A stretch of 64,000 nucleotides of DNA from Guillardia theta CCMP2712 (taxonomy: Eukaryota; Protista; Cryptophyta). The position numbers and the translations under genes were made by a program. Below the pieces are notes generated by a model. The model was not told where the DNA came from. It saw only the letters and a program-made list of their open reading frames with translations, and did not search any database. The stretch lies in the NCBI RefSeq assembly GCF_000315625.1, contig NW_005434566.1:140903-204902 (forward strand), in the 5' to 3' direction. Positions 13,113-25,500 of the stretch are shown piece after piece (positions within the stretch are counted from its first letter, which is position 1; every line of letters begins with the position of its first letter).

Positions 13113-14629
13113 TCACACCACCTGGAACTGTCTTTCTGGAGGTCGTCTCCGCGTGCAAGCCAAGGCTGAGGAGAAAATCAGGGTGAGGAGAGAAGGAGAG
13201 AAGGAGAGAAGGAGAGAAGGAGAGAAGAAGAAATAAGGAGGAGAGAGAAGGAGGTAAGGAGGGGAATGAGGAGGGAAGGAGGGAGAAGGAGAGGGAAGGA
13301 GAGGGAAGGAGAGACGGTGCGAGGTGGATAGCGTGAGAGGAGAATGGCGAAAGATGATCTGAGAGGGCGGGTGGTGGGAAGGAGGGAGCGAAGAACGAGA
13401 CGCTGAAGATGTAAACCTTTGCATCCTTCTTTCTTCATCCTCCTCGAACCAGTCAAGCTCCTTGAGAGATGTCAGCATGCAAGTGGGCGACAAGCTTGAT
13501 ATGCAAGTACCAGGCACTCCGATGCTGTCGGACGCATGCGCGGGTCCACCTAAAGCAAGTTTCGTCAATCCAACACCGCAAGAAGGCAGGGGAAGAACGA
13601 GCGAGCGAGGAGAAGCGGGAGCGGGAGCGGGAGCAGGAGTAGTAGTAGGAGGAGGAGAAGGTTGAGGACAGGAAGAGGAGGAAGAGGATCCGGGAGAGGG
13701 GGGGGGGGGGGGGTTTGAAAGTGAGGCAGAGTAACGCGCAGCACCTGCATCATGGCGCGAACAGAAATGATCGCATTATCCGAGACATTCTCCCAGTACT
13801 TGTCAGGGAACGAATATTCTCCCGTTAAAATCTTCTGTAGCACGACAGTCGTGTTGCTGTCCGTGAACTTGAAAGGAGCTTTCCCTCCCAGCATCATGTA
13901 CAAAATCGCCCCCACCGACCAGATGTCCACCTTGCAGGAGTATAGCATCCTCCCCTCCATTGACGTGCCAGCAGCTGCCAGCAGCTCAGGAGCTGTGTAG
14001 TCTGGAGTTCCGCACACTGTTGACATGGTATCCGTGTATCCCACCGCCTTGTCTGTGCTCAAGCCGAAGTCGGTGATCTTGACAATGTCGTAGCCGGGTG
14101 CACCAGGGAGGGAGGAGAGGAAGAGGATGTTTTCTGGCTTCAGGTCCCGATGGCAGACATTGTTCTCATGCAGGTATCCAAGAGCGTAGAGTATCTGCCT
14201 GCAGATGAAGACGGAGGCCGGCTCCGGTATAGCCCCGCCCTCTACAACCCTGTCAAATAGGTCCCCCCCGTTCGCCAGCTCTTGCACCAGGTAAACTGCT
14301 TCCTGGTCCTCGAAGTAGTCCTGAAGTCGAATGAGCCCAGGGTGCGAGAGCTTTTTCATGATCCGAACTTCCTTGAGGATGTTGTTGTAGTTGAAGTTCA
14401 CATTCGACCTTGCCAGCTTCTTCACCACCACCATCCCTCCCTTAAGCGCCTCCGCCTGCAGGCAGACCGAGAATGTCCCCCTGCCGCCTGACGTCAACAA
14501 GATCCACGGGACAGCAGCTCTGTCTTACCTTCCTACAATCTTCCCAATGCGATAGCTGCCATCGATGCTCCGTCGTGGAAGCCTCTGGTTGGGCGACGTA
14601 ACAAGGTGTAACGAGGTCCCACAGCCCAT
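13113..14629 (-). CDS. CAMK-group Ser/Thr protein kinase with N-terminal MGCGTS acylation motif
   Basis: Exon 1 MGCGTSLHLVTSPNQRLPRRSIDGSYRIGKIVGR splices (~14528/14481) to GTFSVC (Gly loop). Also present: VVVKKL, HRDLKPEN, DFG, CGTPDYTAPE, DIWSVG, YSFPDKYWENVSDNA and VDPRMRPTASECL. The 3' end is approximate. Confidence 0.92.
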
Positions 14630-15659
14630 GTCAGTGACTGATTCCAGCGAGAAGAAAAAGATTCATCGGCCCTGCAAATGAATCTCCATCAGCGAAATGT
14701 CCGGCGGGTGCAAACAGCGCAAACAAACGCCAATATCTCGTGGCCCTCCACAGGATACATTGCCCCATTCTCTCTGACAAATTACATGGATGGGTGACAG
14801 AAGAGAACATGGGCCTATCCTTATTCTTTCGCGCTCTCGTCTTCCTACCTCATCCTTTAACATGCTCATTTCAGGACGAGAAGTTGAAGTGGAGGCGACC
14901 AATTTAGCCAAAACAGAAGCAACGGTCAAATATTTCAGTGCAACCAAGACGAATGCAGGTATTTGTAAGTTGCAGGACAGAAGCGATCGAGAGAGATTGG
15001 TGGCAGGTTTGACAAACATCGAAATGATGATAGAAAGTCTTGACGAGGGGCTGTAAAGGATCACAAGAAAACAGAAAAAAGGAATTCAACACCAGCAACA
15101 TGTACAGTACAGGATGTGAGTGAGGTTAGCGGGAAAATGATAATGCAGGGAGCCAGGAAGAGAAGCAAGAGAAACGACGCATCAAAATGGAAGGCGAAAT
15201 ACCAACAGGACACGAATAGCCGCGAAAAGAAAAACGATGGGAGGGAGGGGAGGCGGGAGGATCAGATATTTAAGTTAGAGTCTTGAAATGCACTCGAGTG
15301 AAATGAGACAATGGAATACTTGCGAGGAAGCTAGATATCAGTCTAGGGTTGGCAACTACGACCGAACAAGAGGAACAACGGTGGGAGGAGGCCGAGGACA
15401 GGCAGGAGGGGCGACAAGGAGCAGGTGGCATGTCCCTGGCTTTCGCGCCATTGCGAGCCGGGGATAGCAGATATGTTGGCTGTTAGCAGTAGGTCAAGCA
15501 ACTGCATCTCGTACTATTAAGAGAATAATTTGTTATTCTTAGCCTGTAATCCCTCAATATAGCTACCAGAATCAAATAATATGACTTAAAGTAACCAGTA
15601 TATATGTTAATAAACCAAAGAGCCTTTAGCATGCCCACGGCCAAAGGAACAGAGAGTCA

Positions 15660-17190
15660 AAAACGTAAAAAGTGACCACCCACCCCTCTTGACTCCGTGA
15701 GAGTACCCTACCCCGATTATGAAACATGCTAGTAATACCACCCCCACTTCAACCTCGATTGAGTGAGTATACCCCCCTGAACCCTTCCAATGACCCTATC
15801 AAGGACCGAAAATAATCTGCTATGACTTCCCTACCCCTCTTTTCCCCAAAGCCCTCTTAACGAACCCCTGCAATTTCTGAAAGATACCCCTACCTACCCC
15901 ACCGTCCTTGCTCCTTTTCACTTCCAAACCGAACACTTTCGTACCCCACCCACCACAATCTCTGACGGCATTGGGGATTTTCCTGGTAGGGTACCCTCTC
16001 GTCCCCAACAGCAAATTGCATAGGAAGTGTGGGGTGGGGTGAGGGGAACGAGGGGGTAGGGTATCACAACGTGATGTTGGGGTTGCAAGTCGCTGGTTGT
16101 AAAATGAATTAGCTCAATGATATGTGGAAATGATCATGTTCGGCATTTTATCCCTGTCGGATTATTCCGCATATCCTTCTCAAAGATTTCAATTTCCATC
16201 GGATGATTCCATCGAAAAGTTCAAATCTTCAGCCTCTCAGTGGGCCGTGACTCATCACAGGCGGCGCTACCGTGGCAGCGCCTGTGCGGCCCGGTCAACC
16301 GATTTTACCACAGTCGGATATCTCGTCGGACGGTCAGTCCGGTCCGTCAGCACCGTACTGGGGGCACTACTGACTGGTGAAACCTGCCAGCCGATCCGAG
16401 CCCGCGCCCGGCGGCGGTGGCCCCGGGCCCGGTGGTTCCGAAGCGGCAATTGAACGGTTTCGAGTTCAGAGTTCCAATCATGCCAGTCTGACGCACGGCA
16501 CCGCTGAGCGGCTCCGAGTCTAGTAGGCAGTGACTGGCAGCTGCCGCCCCCCGGCCCCCCCCCCCCCGTGTGCCCGGCGTCCCCGGCGCCCGGCGGGCCA
16601 CCGCCGTGACTGTGACACCGTGACACGGTACTCGGTGATCTCAAGGCTCAATCCGACCGGCCTACCCACCTCCTCCAGTACCGTGACTCGCCCCCTCGTA
16701 ATACCCCCACCCATCCTTTTTACCATCATATACCCCCACCTCTTCTCGCAGGACCTCCAGACCGATCATTGAACATCTGAAGGACCCATGGTTTGATGGG
16801 TTATTTTGGGTCATCATGACTGGTAGGGGTCATGACCCCACCCCATACTAAGGTAACACCTCTTCTTGAACCGTAGCTCAAAGTAGCACCCCCCACCCCT
16901 CTATGGCTCAGATTCCACTGCTGATCCCCTTCATACATGACCCCCACTCCCTGAGAATGAAGAAGCACTCGCAAGGACCCCCTTTGTTTTCACCCCTACC
17001 TACTTTTTGTCTTCACCTTTACTTCATATGGACCCCATCTTTCACCAACAAGGTTTCCTTCAGAGCAATCTTGGACCCTACCCCTTTATCTCACTTCCTC
17101 TATGCCGACCCCTCCGGCTTCCTCATCACCCACCCCCATTGTTGTAAGGAGGTCCATTACCCCTACCCCCTCGAGTTATCTTTCACCCCC
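15660..17190. repeat. Composite vocabulary tract: C-rich (15660-16010), short G-rich (16020-16090), GC-palindromic core (16240-16690), C-rich (16690-17190)
   Basis: Same word sets as 3930-5880. Lies between the divergently transcribed kinase and GH36 genes. Confidence 0.7.
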
Positions 17191-17769
17191 ATGTACGAAA
17201 GCTGCAGGGATCTATGGCGATCTGGGGAGATAGAGCCGAGGCAGCTTCGCATGGCAGGGAGGAGGGCGAGGTAGAGAAGGGGCAAGACGAAGGAGCCTAC
17301 AACCAGCAGCAGTAGCAGAGGGAAGCAGATGTGCTTGTTGTGCGAGAGAAAATATCGAAGCAGGTGGGAGGGCTCGTCAATTAGGATGGAGGAGAGGTTG
17401 TGAAGAGAGTTGACGATAGCCGAGCTCTATCCCATCTATCCCACGCTCTTTGTGATTCATGCTCTTTGTGGTTGTGGTTCAAGTAAGCAGAAATTCATAT
17501 ATGTCACTGCAACGAGACGAAAACCATCACACTTGCCATGAGGTACCAGCCACAGACAATGTTGTGCGTTAAACACGAGGAACACAAAAGACGAGGATGT
17601 ACGAGATCGACATCGCAGTGTGTGTGTAGGAGGAACAGGAGAGAACCACAGATGCTTAGAAGTTACCTCGAATGCCATGCTTGACAACGTCTGATGGAAG
17701 AATCGATTCTTTCTGTGTCCCTTTTACAACTCACTGGATGTCCACAGGTTCGATATCTGAAGTGGCAGC

Positions 17770-20664
17770 ATGCCTCCTTCAAACATGGACGATATCCAGC
17801 CAGCTTTCCAGAATCAGTGCACCGTGGGCGATCGAAACGGCGCCTTGGAAGACTATGCTGGGCAGATCCTCTTCGAGAGCACAACGTCAACCTTCAGGAT
17901 GTACGGCAAATCGATGATGTATGCGTTCCGCGCCGACGAGAACGGGAGCCTCGAGCACCTCTACTGGGGGAAGTCGATTCCGCCAACGGATGACCTCCGC
18001 TTCCTCTCCTTCTCAAACGTGCAGCTCTGCTTTGATCCAGGCCCTTACACACAGTTCGAGTTCGAGAACACGATCCCCATCGAGGACTTGTTTCAGGTCC
18101 ACGAGTCGCACGACCCGCACGACCTCCTCATGGAGTGGGAGAGGGCGAGGAAGCAGATCGACATGGCTGCCAGCCCGCTCGTCAACGGAGAGTTTGTTGA
18201 GTCAGGAACGGACGAGTGGCGCAGCTTCGAGAGCAGCTCCAAGTTTGTCCCGCATGACATCATTGCTATTGCGAGACGCGAGAATGCCGCCTGGAGGTTG
18301 ATGAGGATGCAAGACCTCAAGTCCGGGAGGATCGATGAGTTCGAGTATGAGCTGGAAGTGAGCAGGGAGAACAAGAAGAGCCTGAGCCCGGAGCTGTCAA
18401 GGCTGAGAGAGCATCACCCTACACCTCCCCGGACATCCAGCGGGTCCGAACCCCACCACGGCTTCCATGACATCGAGATGGAGCATCCGATCCCGCAGGT
18501 GGGGAGGAACACGAAGCTGCTGGAGTATGCAGACCTTGGGACGGGAGACTACCGCGCTCCTAGCTTCTCTGTTGTGTATGAGGACGGTGGCGCCATCTGC
18601 CCGCTGACGTACAAGGGGCATCGTATCATCAAGGGCAAGCTGCCGATGACGGCTGCTAAGGGAAGGCTGCCGGAGCTGAGAGGGAGTGAAGAGGAATGCT
18701 CCACTCTGGTTGTTGAGATGCAGGACAAAGTGACGGGCCTTGAGTTTGATCTGATCTACACGGTCTTCAAGCACGTGGACGCACTGAGCCGGAGAGTGAT
18801 CGTGCGAAATCCCACGTACGAGTCTCCGAACCTCAGAAGCCCGAGCAAGAACAAGAAGAGGGACAGCGAGGGGCTGTCTGGGGACGTGCGAATCGACAAG
18901 CTGATGAGCGCCACAGTCGACTTCCACACCATGAGCAACACTAACATGATCACCCTGTGTGGGAGCTGGGCCAACGAGCGGCATATCCAGCTGCAGCCTC
19001 TTATCCAGGGGAAGTTTGTGACCGAGAGCCTTCGTGGGACTAGCAGCCACCAGCACAACCCGTTCTGTGCGCTGACCAACACGTCGGAGGAGATGATAGA
19101 GACCGTGGGGGAGGTGTGGGGCTTCTCCCTGGTGTACTCGGGGAACTTCATGATCGAGGCGGATGTGTCGGAGACCGGGAGGACGAGGATAAACGCCGGC
19201 ATCAGCTCGAGCACGTTCAAGTGGCACATCCCCGCCGGGGACTGCTTCGAGGGCCCTGAATGCGTCCTGGTGTACAGCGACAGGGGGCTCGAGGGGATGA
19301 CGCACGCGTTCCATGACCTGTACAGGAACAACCTGATCCCCTCACGTTGGCACAACACAGTCCCTCCTGTCCTTCTCAACACATGGGAGACGACATACTT
19401 CGATGTCTCGCATGCCAAGATCCTAGAGATTGCCAAGATCGCAGTGAACTGCGGGGTTGAGATGATAGTGCTAGACGACGGGTGGTTCGGGCAGCGTGAG
19501 GATGCGACGTCGTCGCTGGGAGACTGGCACGAAGACAAGCGCAAGTTTCCTGTCGGGCTGTCTGCCATGGTGAGAGAGATCAACGAGCTCGGCCTCAAGT
19601 TTGGAATCTGGATCGAGCCTGAGATGGTGAACGTTCGGAGCCAGCTCTATGCCGCGCACCCCAACTGGTGCTTGAATCAGCAGGGGAGGAACAGCCGCTG
19701 CGAGGGGAGGAACCAGCTCGTGTTGGACTTCACCCGCGAGGAAGTGAGAGAGTACGTGATCTCAAAGCTCGACGCGCTACTGACGGAGTCCAACATCGAG
19801 TACATCAAGTGGGATATGAACCGTCACCTGACGGAGGTTTACGGGAACGCTATCTCGCCGCAGAAGCAGGGGGAGGTGTTCCACCGGTACATGGTCGGCG
19901 TCTACAAGGTCCTTGCCCATCTCAACGAGCGGTTCCCCCACGTGCGCATCGAGACCTGCTCGGGAGGAGGAGGGCGCTACGACGCCGGAATGTTGAACTT
20001 CTGCCCTCAGATCTGGGCTAGTGACAACACCGACGTGTTCAGCCGGCTGGCAATCCAGAGTGGGACGAGCCTCATCTATCCCTTGTCGACCATAGGATCG
20101 CACATCACAACAGTTCCCAATCACCAGACGCAGCGCCTGTCCACCCTCAAGACAAGATTCCTCGTCTCGCTCTTCGGCAACTTCGGCCTCGAGCTCGACC
20201 TCCGCAAGCTCTCGCAAGCTGAGCTACACGAGCTGACCAACTACATCTCCAAGTACAAGGAGCTCGCCCCCGTCGTGCTCTTCGGCAGGTTCTACCGCCT
20301 CTGGTCCCCGGCCAACTCCAGCGACCAGGAGGCGTACGCATGGATGTGCACCAACTTTGACAATGACAACATCAAGGCCGTTGTTGCTGTCTTCCTCAAC
20401 AAGGTAGAGGCAGGCAGGTACCTCCCTCGCCTCCGTCTCAGGGGGCTGAAAGAAGACGAAACGTACATCGTCGAGGAGATCTTTCCAAACAGTTCTCTCA
20501 GGAACAGAAACACCGGCCAGCTCGAGGTGGGAGGAGGTGTCCCGCAATGGCAGACGGGCAGGCAAGCCATCACCATGTCGGGCTCGATGCTCATGGGAGC
20601 TGGCATGCCCATCCGACTGTCGTACGATGGTGACAGCTGTGCGTTCGTTCTCCGTGAGAAGTAG
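17770..20664 (+). CDS. Alpha-galactosidase, glycoside hydrolase family 36 (melibiase); intronless
   Basis: 964-aa ORF with the GH36 motifs EYADLGTGDYRAPS, SSHQHNPF, FSLVYSGNF, LNTWETTYFD, VLDDGWFG, FGIWIEPEMVN, YIKWDMNR (nucleophile Asp), ETCSGGGGRYD and IWASDNTD (acid/base Asp). Confidence 0.96.
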   Translation: MPPSNMDDIQPAFQNQCTVGDRNGALEDYAGQILFESTTSTFRMYGKSMMYAFRADENGSLEHLYWGKSIPPTDDLRFLSFSNVQLCFDPGPYTQFEFENTIPIEDLFQVHESHDPHDLLMEWERARKQIDMAASPLVNGEFVESGTDEWRSFESSSKFVPHDIIAIARRENAAWRLMRMQDLKSGRIDEFEYELEVSRENKKSLSPELSRLREHHPTPPRTSSGSEPHHGFHDIEMEHPIPQVGRNTKLLEYADLGTGDYRAPSFSVVYEDGGAICPLTYKGHRIIKGKLPMTAAKGRLPELRGSEEECSTLVVEMQDKVTGLEFDLIYTVFKHVDALSRRVIVRNPTYESPNLRSPSKNKKRDSEGLSGDVRIDKLMSATVDFHTMSNTNMITLCGSWANERHIQLQPLIQGKFVTESLRGTSSHQHNPFCALTNTSEEMIETVGEVWGFSLVYSGNFMIEADVSETGRTRINAGISSSTFKWHIPAGDCFEGPECVLVYSDRGLEGMTHAFHDLYRNNLIPSRWHNTVPPVLLNTWETTYFDVSHAKILEIAKIAVNCGVEMIVLDDGWFGQREDATSSLGDWHEDKRKFPVGLSAMVREINELGLKFGIWIEPEMVNVRSQLYAAHPNWCLNQQGRNSRCEGRNQLVLDFTREEVREYVISKLDALLTESNIEYIKWDMNRHLTEVYGNAISPQKQGEVFHRYMVGVYKVLAHLNERFPHVRIETCSGGGGRYDAGMLNFCPQIWASDNTDVFSRLAIQSGTSLIYPLSTIGSHITTVPNHQTQRLSTLKTRFLVSLFGNFGLELDLRKLSQAELHELTNYISKYKELAPVVLFGRFYRLWSPANSSDQEAYAWMCTNFDNDNIKAVVAVFLNKVEAGRYLPRLRLRGLKEDETYIVEEIFPNSSLRNRNTGQLEVGGGVPQWQTGRQAITMSGSMLMGAGMPIRLSYDGDSCAFVLREK

Positions 20665-21411
20665 ACGAGGAGAACAGCCTACGAGACAGCTCCCGGACTG
20701 GCACCAGCATGCCGTATGCGCCCAAGGAAAGCCTCCTCTTGCATGGCCGAACTCAGCAGCCTGCAAACTTCGGCTCGAGCTACCAGTGATTCCATCCATT
20801 CATCTTATTTGTTGTGAAGTCCCCCCTGCCTTCTGTTGATGCCTGTCAACCATAATCGTAGTTGTGGTGGATGTGATACATTCAATGATGTTATGCTTCA
20901 TTCTCTCATTTCTTCCTCCTTGATCTATTAAACCATGTCCATATCAAAATGGAGTTGTTTATTCTTGAAGATCAGAGCTGTCTTGAGGGAACCTCCTGCA
21001 AGCAGCTTTACAGAATTCTTGGTTGCAGATCAGATGAATGAATGAGATCTTCAATCTTTGGAATCATTCACTCCTTCTATCCAGTCTATCAACCCACCGC
21101 AGAATATATACTTGCTTTCCTTCACGCCCCGCCCCTCTCCCTCTCTTTCTGTCTTGCAATTTATGCTAAGAAACCACAGAAAGTAAGAGGGCGGATGGCA
21201 TTCAGTCACATCATGTTTGCGGTGCAAATTTCGCATTTCAGATATGAACAAGACACTCGTCATCAGTGCATTTCCGCGCTTGAACACACCTCATCGAACA
21301 AAAATTGAGATAGGATTCCTTCACTTCCCAAGTAAGATCCACAGGAGCAAGGGAAGAAAAAATCGTGTCACCCCATCCTTGATTTCCCACTTGATTTCCC
21401 ACACCCTTGAG

Positions 21412-21522
21412 TCAACAACTTTCAATAGCATGCTCAACAACTTTCAATATCATGCTCAACAACTTTCAATATCATGCTCAACAACTTTCAATATCATGCT
21501 CAACAACTTTCAATAGCATGCT
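21412..21522 (+). repeat. Minisatellite, 22-bp unit TCAACAACTTTCAATA(T/G)CATGC x5
   Basis: Five head-to-tail copies with no spacers. Confidence 0.95.
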
Positions 21523-21699
21523 CCCCAATCTCAGAATCCACAGCAAAACATCACAAAGAACACACTTATGGCTTCACTGATTATGGCCATTGCGTTCAAC
21601 TCTGTAATTCCAAAGGTTCATATCAATTTCAAACTATCTACTAGTCATCTAGAGGATGACATGAGAACTTGAAAATTAGAAGAGAATTTTGGGTGTTAC

Positions 21700-23150
21700 T
21701 TCTGAAATAAGTTTACAGTGTTAGGGCACAGTGCGGGGTGTAATCGAGGACCCCGCTCACCCCTTTGACCACCCTTCCATTTGACCCTATTTGAACCCCC
21801 TACTTCAGGACACTCCACCCGGCCTCCAAACTGACACCCCCTACCCACCCAATTTATATACACACCCCAAAAGATACTATGAAAGTACCCACTAATCATA
21901 TCTTATAAGAGCACCCCTACCCACACTTGCCTGTCCCTCTTTTCTTTTTTTTTCCCTCCCCGGCAAAAACCCTGAGAATTCCTGAGTACCCCTACCCCCT
22001 TGTAATGAACTTCAGTACCTCTTGAACCTACTTCCAAACCACCCCTACTGACCTAGATTTACGACCCCTGTTTGCCATAAACAAGTACCCTACCCCATAT
22101 ATACATGTTAAAACTAAAAAGGACCACCCCACCACACAGGACATACCACCCTCCATTCAAACATGACCACCACCACCCTTACAAACATTTTCATTCACAC
22201 ATAGAAAATACCCCCCATGAGTACCAAACAGGACCTACCCCACCATAGTCTTCATCGAAATGAACCGGTCCCAACAGAAGTCGCTCGGTTGGACCCATGA
22301 AACCGACCACCCTCTTCCACCCTCCCCCCTCCACCCCTCTACCCCTCACCTGACCTTGCGCCGCGGTCGTAAGCTAAAAATGTTTTAGTCTTTAAGTGTC
22401 AAAAAGAGAGTTTTAAAAAATTTGTAGTGCTGTATCGGGAGATCATTACCAAGATTGCAATCTGGGTCAAGAGATCTTTTGAAATGTCTCCTTCTCGCTA
22501 AAATACCCCACCCACTCAAACAACGTCTACCCGCTACCCCCTGTTATACCTACAAAGTACCCTAATCTGAAAAGTACCACCCCATCCATCTAGGAGTTTG
22601 TTCTGCAGGAGAGAAGGGCCGGGCACTACTGTATGTTCAAATGAAGGACCCCACCCCCTGACTCGTTCAGTACCCCCCTTTTTACCCATTCCATCGGCCA
22701 CTGCTTGTAGCATTTCAGCCCCCTCTGGACATGCATACCCCCCTCAGTGCGGTACCCCCAATTTAACCATAAACTACGGGGTACTTCGTGGTAACCTTTG
22801 ATTTCTCGTCCCCGGTACCCCTACCCCTTGTTTCAGCCAGGCCTCCACTGACCTTTCTAAATCCCCCACCCCCTACCGTCCACCCGTTTCCAACAAGGCT
22901 TTGCCTACAGTCTTCACACCCACCCCAAGGTAAACAGTACCCACCCATGATTATCTATACCCCTCCTTCCTAACCCACGGTTAAGTGTCCAACCCCACCA
23001 TGCTACGATTAAATATTTGTGACCTCACATGGACCCTACCCCTTTCCACAACCACCCCATATTTCGAATATGAACAACTACCCCACCATATCCTTCTCCC
23101 ATTCAAAGTACCCACCAAAAGATGACCACCCCCCATTCTGTACCCCCGCC
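21700..23150 (+). repeat. C-rich TACCC/CACCC vocabulary tract upstream of the RWP-RK gene
   Basis: Dozens of GTACCC, CCCTACCC, GACCACCC and GGACCC words, almost all on the + strand. Confidence 0.75.
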
Positions 23151-23799
23151 TCCCCTTCCCTTCCTTCCCGCTACCTCCTCCCTTTCGCCCCCCACTGTGC
23201 TCCGGCCGCTTTCTCATCCTTCCTCTTGCTCTGCCATCAGGTCGTTGAGAGCATCGTGCTGATCCTTCTAGTTGCTTGCTCTTGTTGACGGGATCTTGCG
23301 TCCTCTTCTTTTCCCTCCGCCTTGTGCATTGCCTGGGCTGCCCTTCATATCTGGCCCCCGGCCTCCACTCAGCAACCCCTTCGGTATCCCATTGTTGGTC
23401 AAGCGTTCTCATGCCATGCCGATGAATACCAGATGAAATCAATCTTGGCAGCAGATAAACATTCCATTACGCATGTCTTTGCAGCTGTTTTGCGAGAAGG
23501 GGGTTCCAGCAGCATGATTGCGGCGTAGTGAATAAGGGTGACGGAACAGTGGGGGTTTGAGCTGCGAGCTCTTCGGATCTGCTTGCTTTCCGCACACGAC
23601 GCCGGATTGAATCATAACTTTCTGTACAAGATAGAGAACCTGCAGCTCGTGAAAGGGTAGGGGAAGAGACCATGGATCCAGACGGTAAAGAATGTCGATG
23701 TTGCTCGATGCTCTCGAGTAGATGCTTGCGAGAGGATGTGGAGTGATCAGTTCCCACAACTTGCCCGCAGTCTGAATTCTCTGTTTACATTTTTGTGGG

Positions 23800-25500
23800 C
23801 ATGGTTCGACTGCATGCTGTGTTCTCCCTTGCTTGTTTCATACGTGAGATGCTCTTTGCCTGACGTGCTGGTTCACCCTGGCAGGAGACGATGGGGACGT
23901 CCACTTGGATCTGTTTGGCGACAGCAACCTCGACAGCGATCTAAGAAATCTCTTCTCTCCTTCCAGCAGCCCCAACCTGCCACCGTCCGATCTCGCTGAG
24001 GATGGATTCGAGATCCCTGAGAACCAGAACCCTCTCCCCCAGCCAGCCATCGCCACCACGACCAAGACTGTACATGGGAGCATGGCAGCCATGAATTCAG
24101 CGTTGAGCGGGAATGCTGGGGCAGGTCTGGTGGGCAAGGCGGCAGTAGGAGGCCCTGCTGGTGGCGCTGCACTCCATAGTGCTGCTGCTCGAGCCGTCCC
24201 GACGACGGTGACGAACGCCAAGGGGCCGAAGATGCCAGTGTACACGAAGACACAGGGGCACGCTCCGGCATCACAGATGCAGCAAGTGCCTCAGCAACAG
24301 AATCCAAACATGCTCTCGACCGACTCGAAGGCAGTGACATCGGTAAACTTCGCTCTTGTTGTTGCTGGGGAGTAGTGATAGGATGGGCGTGAGCGCGCGT
24401 CGAGGAGGCTGACTTGTTTGTGATCGCAGTATGACATAAGAAAGAGGTTCTCGATGCAGATGAGCGATGCAGCGGCGAGCTTGAGGTGATAGGATGTGAG
24501 CGATAATGCGGACGGGTTCTGATTTGCCTTGGCACCACAGGGTGACACTGCCAACGTTTAAGAAGGCCTGTCACCAGCACGGGATTACGAAATGGCCTCA
24601 AAGGTACAGGACTTTCGTTTCAGCCTCTGATCTTCCGGTGACGTGTACACAGACGTTTGAATGCAATAGAAACAAGACTGACCAAGATCCGTGAAGACAT
24701 GAAAAAAGTTCCGTTAAGTGCTCAAGTAGGCTGAGCAGGACGGAGGTGTCAGCAAGTGATGTTGTCTTCAGACACGATTAAAGGCAGAAGCGGCGACGCT
24801 GACAACAGAGAGACAGGTTCTGACATGGCACATGACTGTGATGTTGGGAATGAGTCTTGCTTGAAAGAACATCTTCGACGGGAAACTGGACTCCCTCCCC
24901 CCCGACGGATACTCTCTAATTGACCTGTAAGCTGACGAGCAAGGAGAGTTTGTGCGGGAAAGAAACCTCACAGTTTGAGCAGATCTGATGTAGCGGGGGA
25001 AACTCAAGTCCTTCCCCAGAAGGGAAACCAAGCAAGGTCTATGGAGGGGGTGTCTGTCAAGTCAGAGGACAGGTACAGAAGTTTCCTCCCCTCGCCTGTT
25101 CCTATCTTGACTTGCCCTCCCTGTTCCTCCTTGAACAGCAGAAACTTGTCGTCTGAGCTTGCAGAGCATGGCGCGGCTGATAGACCTCCAGCAGCGACGA
25201 AACCCGTGAGGACGAGGCATTCTTGTTGGCCAGCAGCTGACCCTCCTGCAGGGCACAGCACAGGCACGGGGTCCTGCTCCTCCTGCCAAGAAGCAGGGAG
25301 CGGCTGAAGGATACCGGGGTGAACTTCGGGGGGGAGGGGGAAGAAATCCGGATGTGCACCCTCCATGGCAAGAGTTTGAGGAGAGCGGGTGGGGGGCAGC
25401 GGGAGCGAGTGCAGGAGGGCACGGGCAGGGCGGGGCAGATGATGTGGGGATTGTTGCGCCGGAGGAGATTCTGGAGGTGAGCAGAGGAAGGGAGGAGAGG
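23800..25500 (+). CDS. RWP-RK domain transcription factor (RKD/NIN-like); multi-exon, both ends approximate
   Basis: Spliced exons (~24430-24485, 24541-24603, 24652-24712) give VTSYDIRKRFSMQMSDAAASLRVTLPTFKKACHQHGITKWPQRRLNAIETRLTKIREDMKK, matching the RWP-RK consensus (F.mP..eAA..Lgv..T.LKr.CR..GI.RWP.Rk). Exon-like segments continue to ~27450, so the gene may be longer. Confidence 0.85.

Noticed and set aside
14663-15101. Small gene divergent from the kinase
   Set aside because: Short ORFs with no recognisable motif; cannot be supported without expression data.
18397-20799. Long antisense ORFs over GH36 (also over FAM184 at 49788-53529)
   Set aside because: Shadow ORFs from biased codon usage of the real gene.
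21412-21522. CRISPR-like repeat array
   Set aside because: Units are contiguous with no spacers, there are no cas genes, and the context is eukaryotic.
21700-23150. Interstitial telomere array
   Set aside because: No tandem periodic unit; the words are dispersed, so it is reported only as a vocabulary tract.
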